Position numbers and translations under genes: made by a program. A stretch of 22,544 nt of DNA, from positions 1 to 22,544 of the forward strand of contig JAYPQH010000039.1 in NCBI GenBank assembly GCA_038131935.1, given 5' to 3'. Source of the stretch: Alphaproteobacteria bacterium (lineage in GTDB: Bacteria > Pseudomonadota > Alphaproteobacteria > UBA8317). This document shows, piece after piece, positions 13,189 through 22,424 of this stretch (positions are counted from its first letter, which is position 1; each line of letters opens with the position of its first letter). The notes under the pieces are model-generated. The model ran no database searches. It was not told the origin of the DNA and was given only the letters and a program-made list of their open reading frames with translations.

Positions 13189-15289
13189 ATGACAACATCG
13201 ACCAAGCCTGAAGACACAGCCATATATATCGAAGAATTGACAAAATATTTGGTAACGGACAGGCATTTGTTGCACTGAAAATGATGGGACATTGGTATCT
13301 TGGGGAAACGAACTGTTTTCTGCCATCGAACAAACCAAGATATACGCAATGAAGATTTTATACCATCCATAGCAATGAATATGTCGTGGGGCGCAGATCT
13401 TGACGGCACATTGATCGCTTGGGGAGATGAGCGATACGGCGGAAAGCTCCCTGCAGAATATGAATATTCATCAAACCCCATCAAAGGCGTTGTGGCAAAT
13501 GAGAAAGCTTTTGCTGCTTGGCGCCAAGACGGCTCAGTCATGGTTTGGGAGACAAGTTATATGGCGGAAGCCTTGATGCAAGTAGCTACCAAGATATTGC
13601 TCAGTCACTTGAAACAGGTGTGATCAAGATTTTTGCGAATAATAATGCATTTGCAGCACTCAAAGATGATGGGCGTGTCATCACATGGGGACCAGCCCAT
13701 TCAGGAGGGCTACAAAATGGGGTTTGGGAGGCAGAGAATACCATTGACATCACAGCTGACCCGCCATGCCTTGCCGCGTTACAGGAAAGTGGTCGTCATC
13801 ACATGGGGTCGAGCTTCAGCAGCTGATGATGATGGTGGCTACAGCTTGGACATTGAAGAAATTCAAGATGACGTGATACGCGTGTATGCCACACAAGGTG
13901 CTTTTGCTGCCCTCAAAAAGGATGGATCTGTTGTTGTTTGGGGTGATCCCATGCAGGGTGGGTGGGCAAGCAGACCAGTTGGGTGATTTTTTATCGCAAG
14001 ACGTTATTGAAATCGTTGCTTCAACTGAAGCTTTTTGCGCACGAAAGTCAGATGGAACCACACAAAGCTGGGGGACGCTTGGCAATTCTGATGCGTCGAG
14101 CTTCACCTTTAAAACCCACCACTTTCTGTCACCAAAGTCATCGCAAATGATGTTGCATTTTGCGCGGTTAAAGAAGATGGAACTGTCAGCGCATGGGGCA
14201 TGGCAGACCAAGGGGGGGTTGTCCCCGATGTACCAGAGCTGCAGTCGCGTTTCATTCTAGAAGTTGTCGCAACAAGGGAAGCATTTGCTGCAAGAAATGC
14301 TGACGGACAAGTCATCATTTGGGGATCATTTTGGCATGAGGGGTCACAGACCCAAGGTCATCTCATCCTCGACTTAGGAGCCACAGCATTATACGCCCAC
14401 GCGAATGCTTTCGTTATCGAACGCGGGGATGGAAGCTTACATGCCATCGGGGACGGTCATGTGGGAGGGGATGTATCAGAGGTGGATTTTTCCATGTTTG
14501 ATCCCTATTTCTATGCAACCCCGCCCCAAGCTGCTTATGAAAATATACTTTATTTCCACGAACTCAGTAGGAGATAAAGATTATAATGACATGGCCACTG
14601 TTTCATTGATTGAAGGACCTGATTGGCTTCAACATAACGAAATCTTCGGTAGTCTTTACGGTACACCAAATCAAAACCATGTCACATGGACAGGTATAGA
14701 ACCAGAATGGGTGATCTTAGAGGCCATCGACCTCGATGGTTACAAAACCATTCATGAATTTCCGATTTCTGTAGCACCTTTTGTTGTGACGTCTATCCAA
14801 TATAAAGGGTTGGAGGATGGAGAGTACATAGGATTGGCCAGTATCCAATATCTTTGCAGCGCTCCACAATCACCATCCTGGCACAACAAGGAAATCTCTA
14901 CTGACGAACAGGGCAACATAAATTTAACGGGGCTTACAGAAGTTTCATCATTTCAGCTTGGGGCCCAAAAAACCGCAAACAACGCTCCACTTTCCCTAAA
15001 AGGATCCGTTTCTATTACAGATGTCATTGAGACATTAAAAATAGCAATAGGAATATCAAGCCCAGACCCATTGGCGGTTTTTGCAGCAGACACAGATGAA
15101 AATGGCGACATCACAATCACAGACGTTATGAATGTCCTAAAGATCGCTGTGGGCATCAATCCAGTAGATCAACTTACGGTTGTCCAAGCTACTGCTGAAG
15201 GTTTTACAAAAGATATCCAAATTCCCTTGATTGAAGGATTTGAGCTAGAACTGTTTGGCATCGTCATGGGTGATTTGGATCAACCTTAG
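13189..15289 (+). CDS. Multidomain protein: about 10 RCC1/BLIP-II-like repeats, an Ig/cadherin-like (He_PIG-type) domain and a C-terminal dockerin-like module. Broken by multiple frameshifts; start approximate.
   Basis: Repeats of type (V/I)xxVxAxxxAFAAxKxDGxVxxWGxxxxGG run across overlapping ORFs 13300-14577. These are followed by GPDWL...GSLYGTP...EAIDLDG...EFPISV, then SITDVIETLKIAIG...AADTDENGDITITDVMNVLKIAVG. Stop at 15287-15289. Confidence 0.7.
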
Positions 15290-15421
15290 TTGTCAGACTT
15301 GTTGTAGTATATGATTACGAATGTTACATCCAAAGATGTGCATAAAAAGATCCAATCGCTATGGACGGACTTCATTAGCTAGGTTAGCATTTTCCATTAT
15401 CATTTAAGTGGGGGGGCTAAA

Positions 15422-16301
15422 ATGTCACTTACATTCACACCGTTACACCCTACCTTTGCAGCACGCGCAAGCGAAGTAGATCTCCAAAACCTCAAAGATA
15501 AGGACATATTAGAACAGATCCGCGAAGCGATGGAAACATATGGTGTTTTGGTTTTTCCACAACAAAATTTTTCCCCAGAGGGGCAACTGGCCTTCGCTGA
15601 GAGACTTGATGGAGCGATCCACAGAAAAACCTCAAGCAGGGTTCTTAAAAAAAATAAATATGGCGATGAGGCCATCACAGACATTTCAAATGTGGACCAT
15701 GAAGGCAGTGTTTTACAAAGAGCATGACCGCAAACGTATGAATGGCCTTGCCAATAGACTTTGGCACACAGATGCATCTTTCGAAGATCCAGCTGGACGC
15801 TATTCAATGCTCTATGCGAAATATATACCAGAAGTTCGTGCTGATACGCATTTTGCAGATCTAAGGACTGCCTATGATGAACTCGATAACAGCATCAAAG
15901 AAGAAATTAACGACCTCAGGGTGCGGCATTCGATTGTCTATTCTCGAAAAACGTTGGGTTTTGAGTTCACTGAAGAAGAAAGTCAGCAAATGCCTGGCGC
16001 CGTGCATCCTTTGGTCCGTCATTTCCCAAAATCTCAACGCAACGGCCTTTATCTTGCCTCACATGCCCAAGAGATTGTTGGTTGGCCTATTCCAGAAGGC
16101 CGTTTGTTGCTTCGTGATCTCATGGAACATGCCACAAGAGAAGCTTTTGTCTATGCACATGAATGGTCTCTGCATGATCTTGTCATCTGGGACAACCGCA
16201 TGACGATGCATCGCGCAACGCGTTTTGACGATACGAAATATCGCCGTGAAATGATCCGCGTGACAACATTGGATATGCCCCACGAGCATAGCATGGGATA
16301 A
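15422..16301 (+). CDS. TauD/TfdA family Fe(II)/2-oxoglutarate dioxygenase (TfdA-like), with one frameshift near 15718
   Basis: PLHPTFAA, YGVLVFPQQ, DISNVD, NRLWHTDASF (HxD), RYSML, THFADLRTAYD, DLVIWDNRMTMHRA. Confidence 0.9.
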
Positions 16302-16411
16302 AAAAACCTTTTGGGCGTTTTGGGAAGATATGCTCATTCATCAAAACTGCCATGGTACCATGATGCTTGGCGTCTCAATAACAACAAAGAACTCGCCTTT
16401 AGGAATAGGAA

Positions 16412-18034
16412 ATGACTGAGCAATTCGATTTTATTATTGTCGGCGCAGGTGCTGCGGGGGCCCTGATTGCACATAGGCTCGTTGTTGAGGGAGGCTTTTC
16501 TGTTTGTTTGCTTGAGGCAGGACCAAAAGATCGAAATCTATTTCTGCATATACCAGGTGGTTTCACGAAAACATTTAAAAACCCAAATGTAACCTATCAA
16601 CAGTTTACAGAACCAAGTGAGGGATCAGGTGGGCGTGCCATAAATTTGGTGCAAGGAAAAACACTCGGTGGCTCAACAGCTGTCAATGGTTTTAATTATA
16701 ATCGTGGACAAAAAGAAGATTTTGATGGCTGGGCTCAAATGGGTAATAAGGGCTGGGGTTATGAAGATATACTTCCTCTGTTTAAAAAAACAGAAGCCAA
16801 AAGAGGGGTTGCTGATCCTTCAACCCGAGGAAAAAATGGTCCCTTACCCATCACAGATACTGACTGGCGCCATCCTCTTTGTGATGCCTTCATTGAAACC
16901 TGTGGGCAATTTGGCATGCCACCCCATCATGACTATAATTCTGGCGATCAAAGAGGTGCTGGCTATTTCCAGCGTTGGATCGAAAACGGTTGGCGTGTAA
17001 GTTCAGCTCGGGCTTTTTTACACCCCTTGAAGCAGAACCCCAAATTAAATATCCGCACGGATGCTGTGGTAGAGAATATCCTGATTGATGAGGGACGTGC
17101 TTATGGTGTTCGCTATCGTAAAATGAACACTGCTAGCGTTCAAGAAATTCGAGCGTCTGGGGAAGTTATTGTCTGTGCGGGTGCAGCCCAAAGCCCAAAG
17201 CTGCTTAAATTATCAGGTTTAGGCCCCGGTGAAGAACTTAAGAATTGGGGTATTGATGTCATCCAAGATTTGCCAGCCGTTGGGGAAAACCTACAAGACC
17301 ATTATATGGTCCGCATGGTGCGTCATGTCCCCAACATGCGTACGATCAATTCCCTGGGACGAGGATGGCGGTTAGGGAAGGAAATCTCAAAATGGCTGCT
17401 TGGAAAACCAAGCATCCTGGCTATTAGTCCATCTGTTGCCTTTGGTTTTACCAATGCGCGACAGCTAGATGACCTGCCTGATATCCAACTCAACTTCACG
17501 CCGGGCAGTTACAAAGCCAGCGTACCAGGACTTCTTGATAGTTTTGACGGGGCCACCTTAGGATTTTATCAATTACGCCCTGAAAGCAAAGGATGGGTTC
17601 GACTTAAAAGCCGGGATCCTCGTGACAACCCCCTTGTTCAACCCAATTATCTGGAAAGTGAGGTGGATAAACTTCTTACCGTTGCAGGCATTAGTCATAT
17701 GGATGAGATTTTTTCCACAGACCCACTGGGTAAACATTGCCAACAACCCATGTACCCTGACCCAGCCAATACATCTGATGATGAGCTTCTTGCTTTCGCG
17801 CAAACAGAGGGAGGCACAGCTTATCACATTATGGGTAGTTGCCGGATGGGACCAATCACGGAAGCTAATGCGGTTGTTACCCCGGATTTGAAAGTACGTG
17901 GTATCTTAGGTTTGCGCATTGCTGATGCGTCTGTCATGCCAACCATGCCCTCAGCAAACTTAACCGCAGGGGTCTTCATGATTGCGGAAAAAGCTTCAGC
18001 CATGATCATTAATGAATACAAAAACAACTCATAA
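16412..18034 (+). CDS. GMC family oxidoreductase (choline dehydrogenase-like)
   Basis: FDFIIVGAGAAG, LLEAG, GKTLGGSTAVNG, SPKLLKLSGLG, VGENLQDH, YHIMGSCRMG, LRIADASVMP..PSANL. Confidence 0.93.
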   Translation: MTEQFDFIIVGAGAAGALIAHRLVVEGGFSVCLLEAGPKDRNLFLHIPGGFTKTFKNPNVTYQQFTEPSEGSGGRAINLVQGKTLGGSTAVNGFNYNRGQKEDFDGWAQMGNKGWGYEDILPLFKKTEAKRGVADPSTRGKNGPLPITDTDWRHPLCDAFIETCGQFGMPPHHDYNSGDQRGAGYFQRWIENGWRVSSARAFLHPLKQNPKLNIRTDAVVENILIDEGRAYGVRYRKMNTASVQEIRASGEVIVCAGAAQSPKLLKLSGLGPGEELKNWGIDVIQDLPAVGENLQDHYMVRMVRHVPNMRTINSLGRGWRLGKEISKWLLGKPSILAISPSVAFGFTNARQLDDLPDIQLNFTPGSYKASVPGLLDSFDGATLGFYQLRPESKGWVRLKSRDPRDNPLVQPNYLESEVDKLLTVAGISHMDEIFSTDPLGKHCQQPMYPDPANTSDDELLAFAQTEGGTAYHIMGSCRMGPITEANAVVTPDLKVRGILGLRIADASVMPTMPSANLTAGVFMIAEKASAMIINEYKNNS

Positions 18035-18185
18035 AACCTTAACAATAGCAATAGAATTTTGACGCCTGACAGACTTTACCGCCCTTCCCTTAGCACCACC
18101 AATTTAACATAGCCCAATTGAATAGCGATGCTGCATTTCTTGAGACATAACTTTTGCTCCACAGCAAGCCATCGTAACAAAAGTA

Positions 18186-18213
18186 TTGACCATGCATCTG
18201 GTTAGGCTATCGT
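18186..18213 (+). promoter_or_regulatory. Possible sigma70 promoter for the GFA gene
   Basis: TTGACC-N16-TATCGT about 50 nt upstream of the ATG at 18261. Confidence 0.35.
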
Positions 18214-18260
18214 TGGAACCATCTAATTTTTTATAGATGTACAAAATGGGAGATTTCCAA

Positions 18261-18659
18261 ATGATCACAGGTGGCTGTTATTGTGGTGCGGTACGATACC
18301 AAGCAGAAGCTACTATTGAGGCAGCAATTCAGTGTCATTGCCGTGAGTGTCAGTATATCACAGGAGGGAACCCGAACGTTATTATCGCTGTTCCATTGAC
18401 ATCATTTGATTACATAAAAGATAAGCCAATGGTATTCGCACGAAAGGATTTGGAAAAACCTGTGCATAGAGAATTTTGTGGCCAATGTGGAACAGCCATA
18501 GGATCTCGCAGTCCTTCACGCCCCAACTCCATGCTGATAAAAGTTGGAACTTTAGACGATCCGAGCATCTTTCAGCCACAAGCTGCCATTTTTATGATTG
18601 ACAAGCAGCATTTTCACCATGTTGACGAGAGCATCCCACAGTACCCAAGACGACCTTAA
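18261..18659 (+). CDS. GFA/CENP-V family zinc-binding protein
   Basis: ITGGCYCGAVRY, CHCRECQ, REFCGQCGT, GTLDDP. A GGAG ribosome-binding site lies upstream of ATG 18261. Confidence 0.92.
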   Translation: MITGGCYCGAVRYQAEATIEAAIQCHCRECQYITGGNPNVIIAVPLTSFDYIKDKPMVFARKDLEKPVHREFCGQCGTAIGSRSPSRPNSMLIKVGTLDDPSIFQPQAAIFMIDKQHFHHVDESIPQYPRRP

Positions 18660-18820
18660 CTGTAAGGTCTCTTGATAATAGTTTGGGGAAGAATACCTTA
18701 AAAAAACGCTTACATAGCTCGAAGAGATCAAGCCTTCGTGACGTCATAATTTTGTAACAATGTTAAACTAACAATCGGTTCGATGATTTCATAAAGTTTA
18801 GATAAAAAGTTATCCAATCC

Positions 18821-19708
18821 ATGACATTGCTTGAAGGGATTTATTTCTGGATGAACCAAATTGCTTGTGCTCACACCAAATATTTTAAAGCAGCAATTAT
18901 ATCATTTGTCCTATGGGGTCTTTTTCAATGTTCTGAGAGAGCTTTTGCGGAAAATAATACATCCGAACAAAACCCAAGCATCCAAGACACAAGGGCTTTT
19001 GGTCCACAATCCCCAAGAAATATCAATCAAAAAGATGGCCATAATAAACGTATATTTTCATTCGCCCCTCACAAAGAATTCATGAATTTGTGCAACATTC
19101 ACCTTCATCATGGGGCGGAGCATATGGGTGGTGAATTCACCAAAGCTATAAAACCCTCCAACAAAAAGGACAGTCCTCGAGGGTATGCTTATGCAGGAAC
19201 ATTGACTGATGAAGAGAGAGCACCAATTACTGAACCATTTGCTATCAACGCACTTGATGGACTCAATTCAGGTGACACAATAGAGGTACATTTCGTATTA
19301 AGCAGCTCAGATGTCAGACCCGGCCCAACATTAGCCAGCTGTTTGGAACCATCTATCCAAAATACTCAATTAAGGGTTGTCGCTCTCATTGCCGTTCTCA
19401 CCAATGACGGGAAAGGGACTGACTTTGCAAACCTCACCCAATTATCGTCAAATCAAGGATATTGGCAAAGCCCGCATATACCCAACAATTTAGGCATAGC
19501 CACCATTTATCAAGGCTCTACAACGGGGCCTGACTACAACAACAAGCTTTCACCATTTCAGGTTACTTGGGAAGTTTATCCAAAAGTATTGAAGGTAGAT
19601 GCCAAATCTATTGCATCATGGTTTCAGAACAATCCCTTTGATGAACGGCATGCACATGGCGTCAGAACATTGATTCGCGATCACCAATGGCTATCAAAAA
19701 TTAAGTAA
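18821..19708 (+). CDS. Delta-class carbonic anhydrase, probably secreted (start may be 18851)
   Basis: FGPQSPRNI, MNLCNIHLHHGAEH.GGEF, GDTIEVHFVLSS, PGPTLASC, YQGSTTGPDYN, SPFQVTW, NPFDERHAHGVR. N-terminal basic-hydrophobic segment ending in AFA. Confidence 0.82.
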   Translation: MTLLEGIYFWMNQIACAHTKYFKAAIISFVLWGLFQCSERAFAENNTSEQNPSIQDTRAFGPQSPRNINQKDGHNKRIFSFAPHKEFMNLCNIHLHHGAEHMGGEFTKAIKPSNKKDSPRGYAYAGTLTDEERAPITEPFAINALDGLNSGDTIEVHFVLSSSDVRPGPTLASCLEPSIQNTQLRVVALIAVLTNDGKGTDFANLTQLSSNQGYWQSPHIPNNLGIATIYQGSTTGPDYNNKLSPFQVTWEVYPKVLKVDAKSIASWFQNNPFDERHAHGVRTLIRDHQWLSKIK

Positions 19709-19910
19709 GTTGTGCTTGAGGTATCTTTTTAACGGCTACGTATCACGGCTTAGAAGAACAATTGGCAGCGCAAAGTTTCAATAGTATTTTTAGAACAATC
19801 CTAACTTAGAGATTGATTTTCTGTGTTTTTCTGAAATTTACAATGATCAACTCTTCACCACTTATCATCTTGAATTTTGATGTGAAGGTGGGGTTTTCTA
19901 TCACAATAAA

Positions 19911-19942
19911 TCATGACATAATGACTTCATTACTTCTTGATG
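19911..19942 (+). repeat. Four tandem degenerate 8-bp repeats, probable RHH operator
   Basis: TCATGACA-TAATGACT-TCATTACT-TCTTGATG, followed by an inverted GTCAT at 19951-19955 just before the RHH start codon. Confidence 0.55.
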
Positions 19943-19956
19943 CCAAAGGGGTCATT

Positions 19957-20163
19957 ATGGCGAAGCATAAACAAACGGATAAGCCGCAAAAACAAGACAA
20001 GGAGAATAAAAAGAAAAATACTTCATTAAGACTAAGTGCAAAAACGCTTAAATCCTTAAAGATCCGTGCCATCGAGGAAGACACCTCCATTCAAAAAATT
20101 ATTGAGGACCTTGTAGAACAATATCTTGATAGCCCTCGAAAGATACCAAATGACCCTAGCTAA
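19957..20163 (+). CDS. Small ribbon-helix-helix (CopG/ParG-like) DNA-binding protein, 68 aa
   Basis: Lys-rich flexible N-terminus, then KKNTSLRL (beta strand), SAKTLKSLKIRAIEED (helix A) and TSIQKIIEDLVEQYL (helix B). ATG 19957 follows AAAGGGG. Confidence 0.75.
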   Translation: MAKHKQTDKPQKQDKENKKKNTSLRLSAKTLKSLKIRAIEEDTSIQKIIEDLVEQYLDSPRKIPNDPS

Positions 20164-21676
20164 GTCATACAAATTTATATTGCCAATTCATGAACTTACA
20201 GCTGTCATATCCGAACCTCTGGATAAGCTCAGGCCAAGGATTTCATGGCAAGGCGATGAGGAGGAGATCACGATTTATGATAGCTTCACACAGGATATCT
20301 GGAACTCAGGACATCTTTTACAAAAGAAGCAACGAATTCTAACACTAACCAATGGTGTGGATGAGGACACACAAAAGCTGGATAGCCATCCTGCTTTTGT
20401 CATCGACCTTCCCATGGGCCCAGTGCGTACAAAGCTAAACATGGTCTCCTCTCTTCGTAGTCTTTTGACAATCGGAAATGCGCGGGAAAGAACCTATCAT
20501 ATCATTTTTGTCGACGACGAAGAAAAAACTCAAATTCGACTGATGCTTAAAGTATTTCAATCATCTAAAACCCATGGGTTTTGTCTCGCAGCCATTCAAG
20601 GTTTACGTGGCTATGACAAGCCTCTGTTGATGCTCACAAAAAAACTATTGTCCAAGGGTCAATATTGGCCAGGGCCATCATTTGGTTATCAACATCTTTT
20701 TCCAACTTGGCAGCAATATTATCCCAAACCATTCGTTGAGCTGTCCTCATATGATCGTATCTTTGAAGCTGCCAATGGCATTATCAAGGCTTATTTGCCA
20801 GTCATACGTCGAAATGAACAAGGAATTATTGATGACATAGATACTGAGTTCTTGCATGATTATCGCATTGGATTGCAAAAAATTCGCTCCGTTTTAAGCT
20901 TACTTAAGGGCGTCTATGAAACGGAGCAATCAGATGAACTAAAGGCAAGTTTTCGCACATTGATGGAGTCAACTGGCGATTTGCGTGACTTGGATGTTTA
21001 TCTGCTTACCCAAATGATTATTACAATCTTCTCCCACAAGAATTACATCTTGGTTTGAATGGTATGTTTAAGCGTTTTGCCCAACGCAGAAATTCTGTTT
21101 ATGAAGAATTGAAAAGTCATTTACAATCAATTCTTACCATAACCTCTTCAAAAAAATTGAAGATTTATTCCTTCAAGAAGAGAAGCTCAAGCCTGGACCA
21201 TGTGCAGATGAAAATATTCAAGCATTTGGGCGAAAATTGATCTGGAAACGCTATAAAAAAATATGTGTCTTGGCATCCACCATAACGGATGAAACAGCTG
21301 ACGAACAGGTTCATGAATTACGCATCCAATGCAAGAAACTCCGCTATCTTATGGAAATTTTTTCACCATTATTTGATCGAATTGCTATCAAGGAACTGAT
21401 CCGACCATTAAAAAAACTGCAAAATAATTTAGGACTTTTTTTAATGATTATTGCGTCCAGCAGGAGAGCCTTGGTCATTTTTTAAACGATTTAAAGTCAT
21501 CCCACCAACAAGAAGATGTTGTGATTGCGCAGACGGTTGGGGCCTTGATTATGGTGATGCATCAAAAACAGCGTGAGGAACGAGCCAAAGTCGTTAACAA
21601 CTTTAAAAACTTCAACAGCCCAGAAACCGAAAACAGGTTTAAATTATTATTTCAACATAAAAAGGAGCAGAGATGA
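20150..21676 (+). CDS. CHAD-domain (polyphosphate-binding) protein with a degenerate CYTH-like N-terminal region. Frameshifted near 21012, 21135-21155 and 21440.
   Basis: DTEFLHDYRIGLQKIRSVL, TGDLRDLDVYL, VHELRIQCKKLRYLME, LKKLQNNLGLF(ND). The restored frame ends FKLLFQHKKEQR* with TGA overlapping the parA ATG (ATGA). Confidence 0.85.
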
Positions 21677-22422
21677 AGATCATTGCTTGTTATTCCAACA
21701 AAGGTGGCGTGGGGAAAACAGCAACAGCTGTTAATCTTGCTCATGCCCTAGCCCATTCTGGCAACCGCACATTGTTGTGTGATTTAGACCCGCAAGGGGC
21801 TTCAAGTTTTTACTTCCGAGTAAAGCCATCTAAAAAACTCACGGAGACAGCATTTTTTGATGACGTGGCGCGCTTCACAAAATCCATCAAAGCGAGTGAT
21901 TATGATGGACTTGATATTCTTCCTGCCAACATGAGTTTTCGTGACTTTGATGTCTTCTTGGCACGGATGCGTAACTCGCGCTCACGATTGAAGAAAGCAC
22001 TTAAGGCCGTTAAGAATGATTATGATGTCATTCTGCTCGATTGCCCCCCCAATATCTCTGTACTTTCCGAGAATATTTTCCGGACCGCAGATGGGATTGT
22101 TGTACCTGTTATCCCAACCACCTTGTCACAAAGAACCTTCGAGCAACTGCAAGATTTTTTTCGGAACCATGATCTACCTCTAAAAAAATTACATGGCTTT
22201 TTCTCTATGGTTCAGGGTGTTAAAGCCCTTCATGGCGAAACAATAACTGATATGCGTAAAGCCTATGGTAAGCGACTGATGCAGACGCAAATACCGTTCG
22301 CATCAGAGATCGAACGCATGGGCGTACATCGTTCGCCTGTATTGGCGATGAGCGCCAAAAGTCAGGCAGGAAAAGCTTATGAAGCCTTGCACACTGAGTT
22401 GCGAAAGCGCCTGGATTGGTGA
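21673..22422 (+). CDS. ParA/Soj family ATPase (orphan; no parB adjacent)
   Basis: Deviant Walker A KGGVGKT, DLDPQG, ILPAN, YDVILLDCPP (Walker B), VPVIP. An AAGGAG RBS lies upstream. Confidence 0.93.
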   Translation: MKIIACYSNKGGVGKTATAVNLAHALAHSGNRTLLCDLDPQGASSFYFRVKPSKKLTETAFFDDVARFTKSIKASDYDGLDILPANMSFRDFDVFLARMRNSRSRLKKALKAVKNDYDVILLDCPPNISVLSENIFRTADGIVVPVIPTTLSQRTFEQLQDFFRNHDLPLKKLHGFFSMVQGVKALHGETITDMRKAYGKRLMQTQIPFASEIERMGVHRSPVLAMSAKSQAGKAYEALHTELRKRLDW

Positions 22423-22424
22423 AA

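Noticed and set aside
13240-14470. CRISPR array, DGR or nucleotide tandem repeat in the repetitive region
   Set aside because: The repeats exist only at the protein level, with divergent DNA. No identical direct repeats, reverse transcriptase or cas genes are present.
15326-15339. ACATC-N4-GATGT inverted repeat upstream of the tfdA-like gene
   Set aside because: It is too short to support without comparative data.
18753-18767. TGTAACA-A-TGTTAAA near-palindrome upstream of the delta-CA as a Zur or PpsR box
   Set aside because: It does not fit TGT-N12-ACA or the Zur consensus, and could arise by chance in AT-rich DNA.
19813-19956. N-terminal extension of the RHH ORF (116 aa in the ORF track)
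   Set aside because: It has a TTG start without an RBS and an AT-rich promoter-like sequence containing the repeat array. ATG 19957 has a plausible RBS.
21673-22422. Chromosomal parAB locus, or a plasmid/prophage partition cassette
   Set aside because: No parB, gidAB, rep, integrase or phage genes are nearby, and I noticed no parS-like palindrome. The neighbours are polyphosphate-related.
18821-22422. Carboxysome locus (carbonic anhydrase plus McdA-like ParA)
   Set aside because: There are no shell or RuBisCO genes. The CA has a signal-peptide-like N-terminus and is separated from the operon by about 250 bp.
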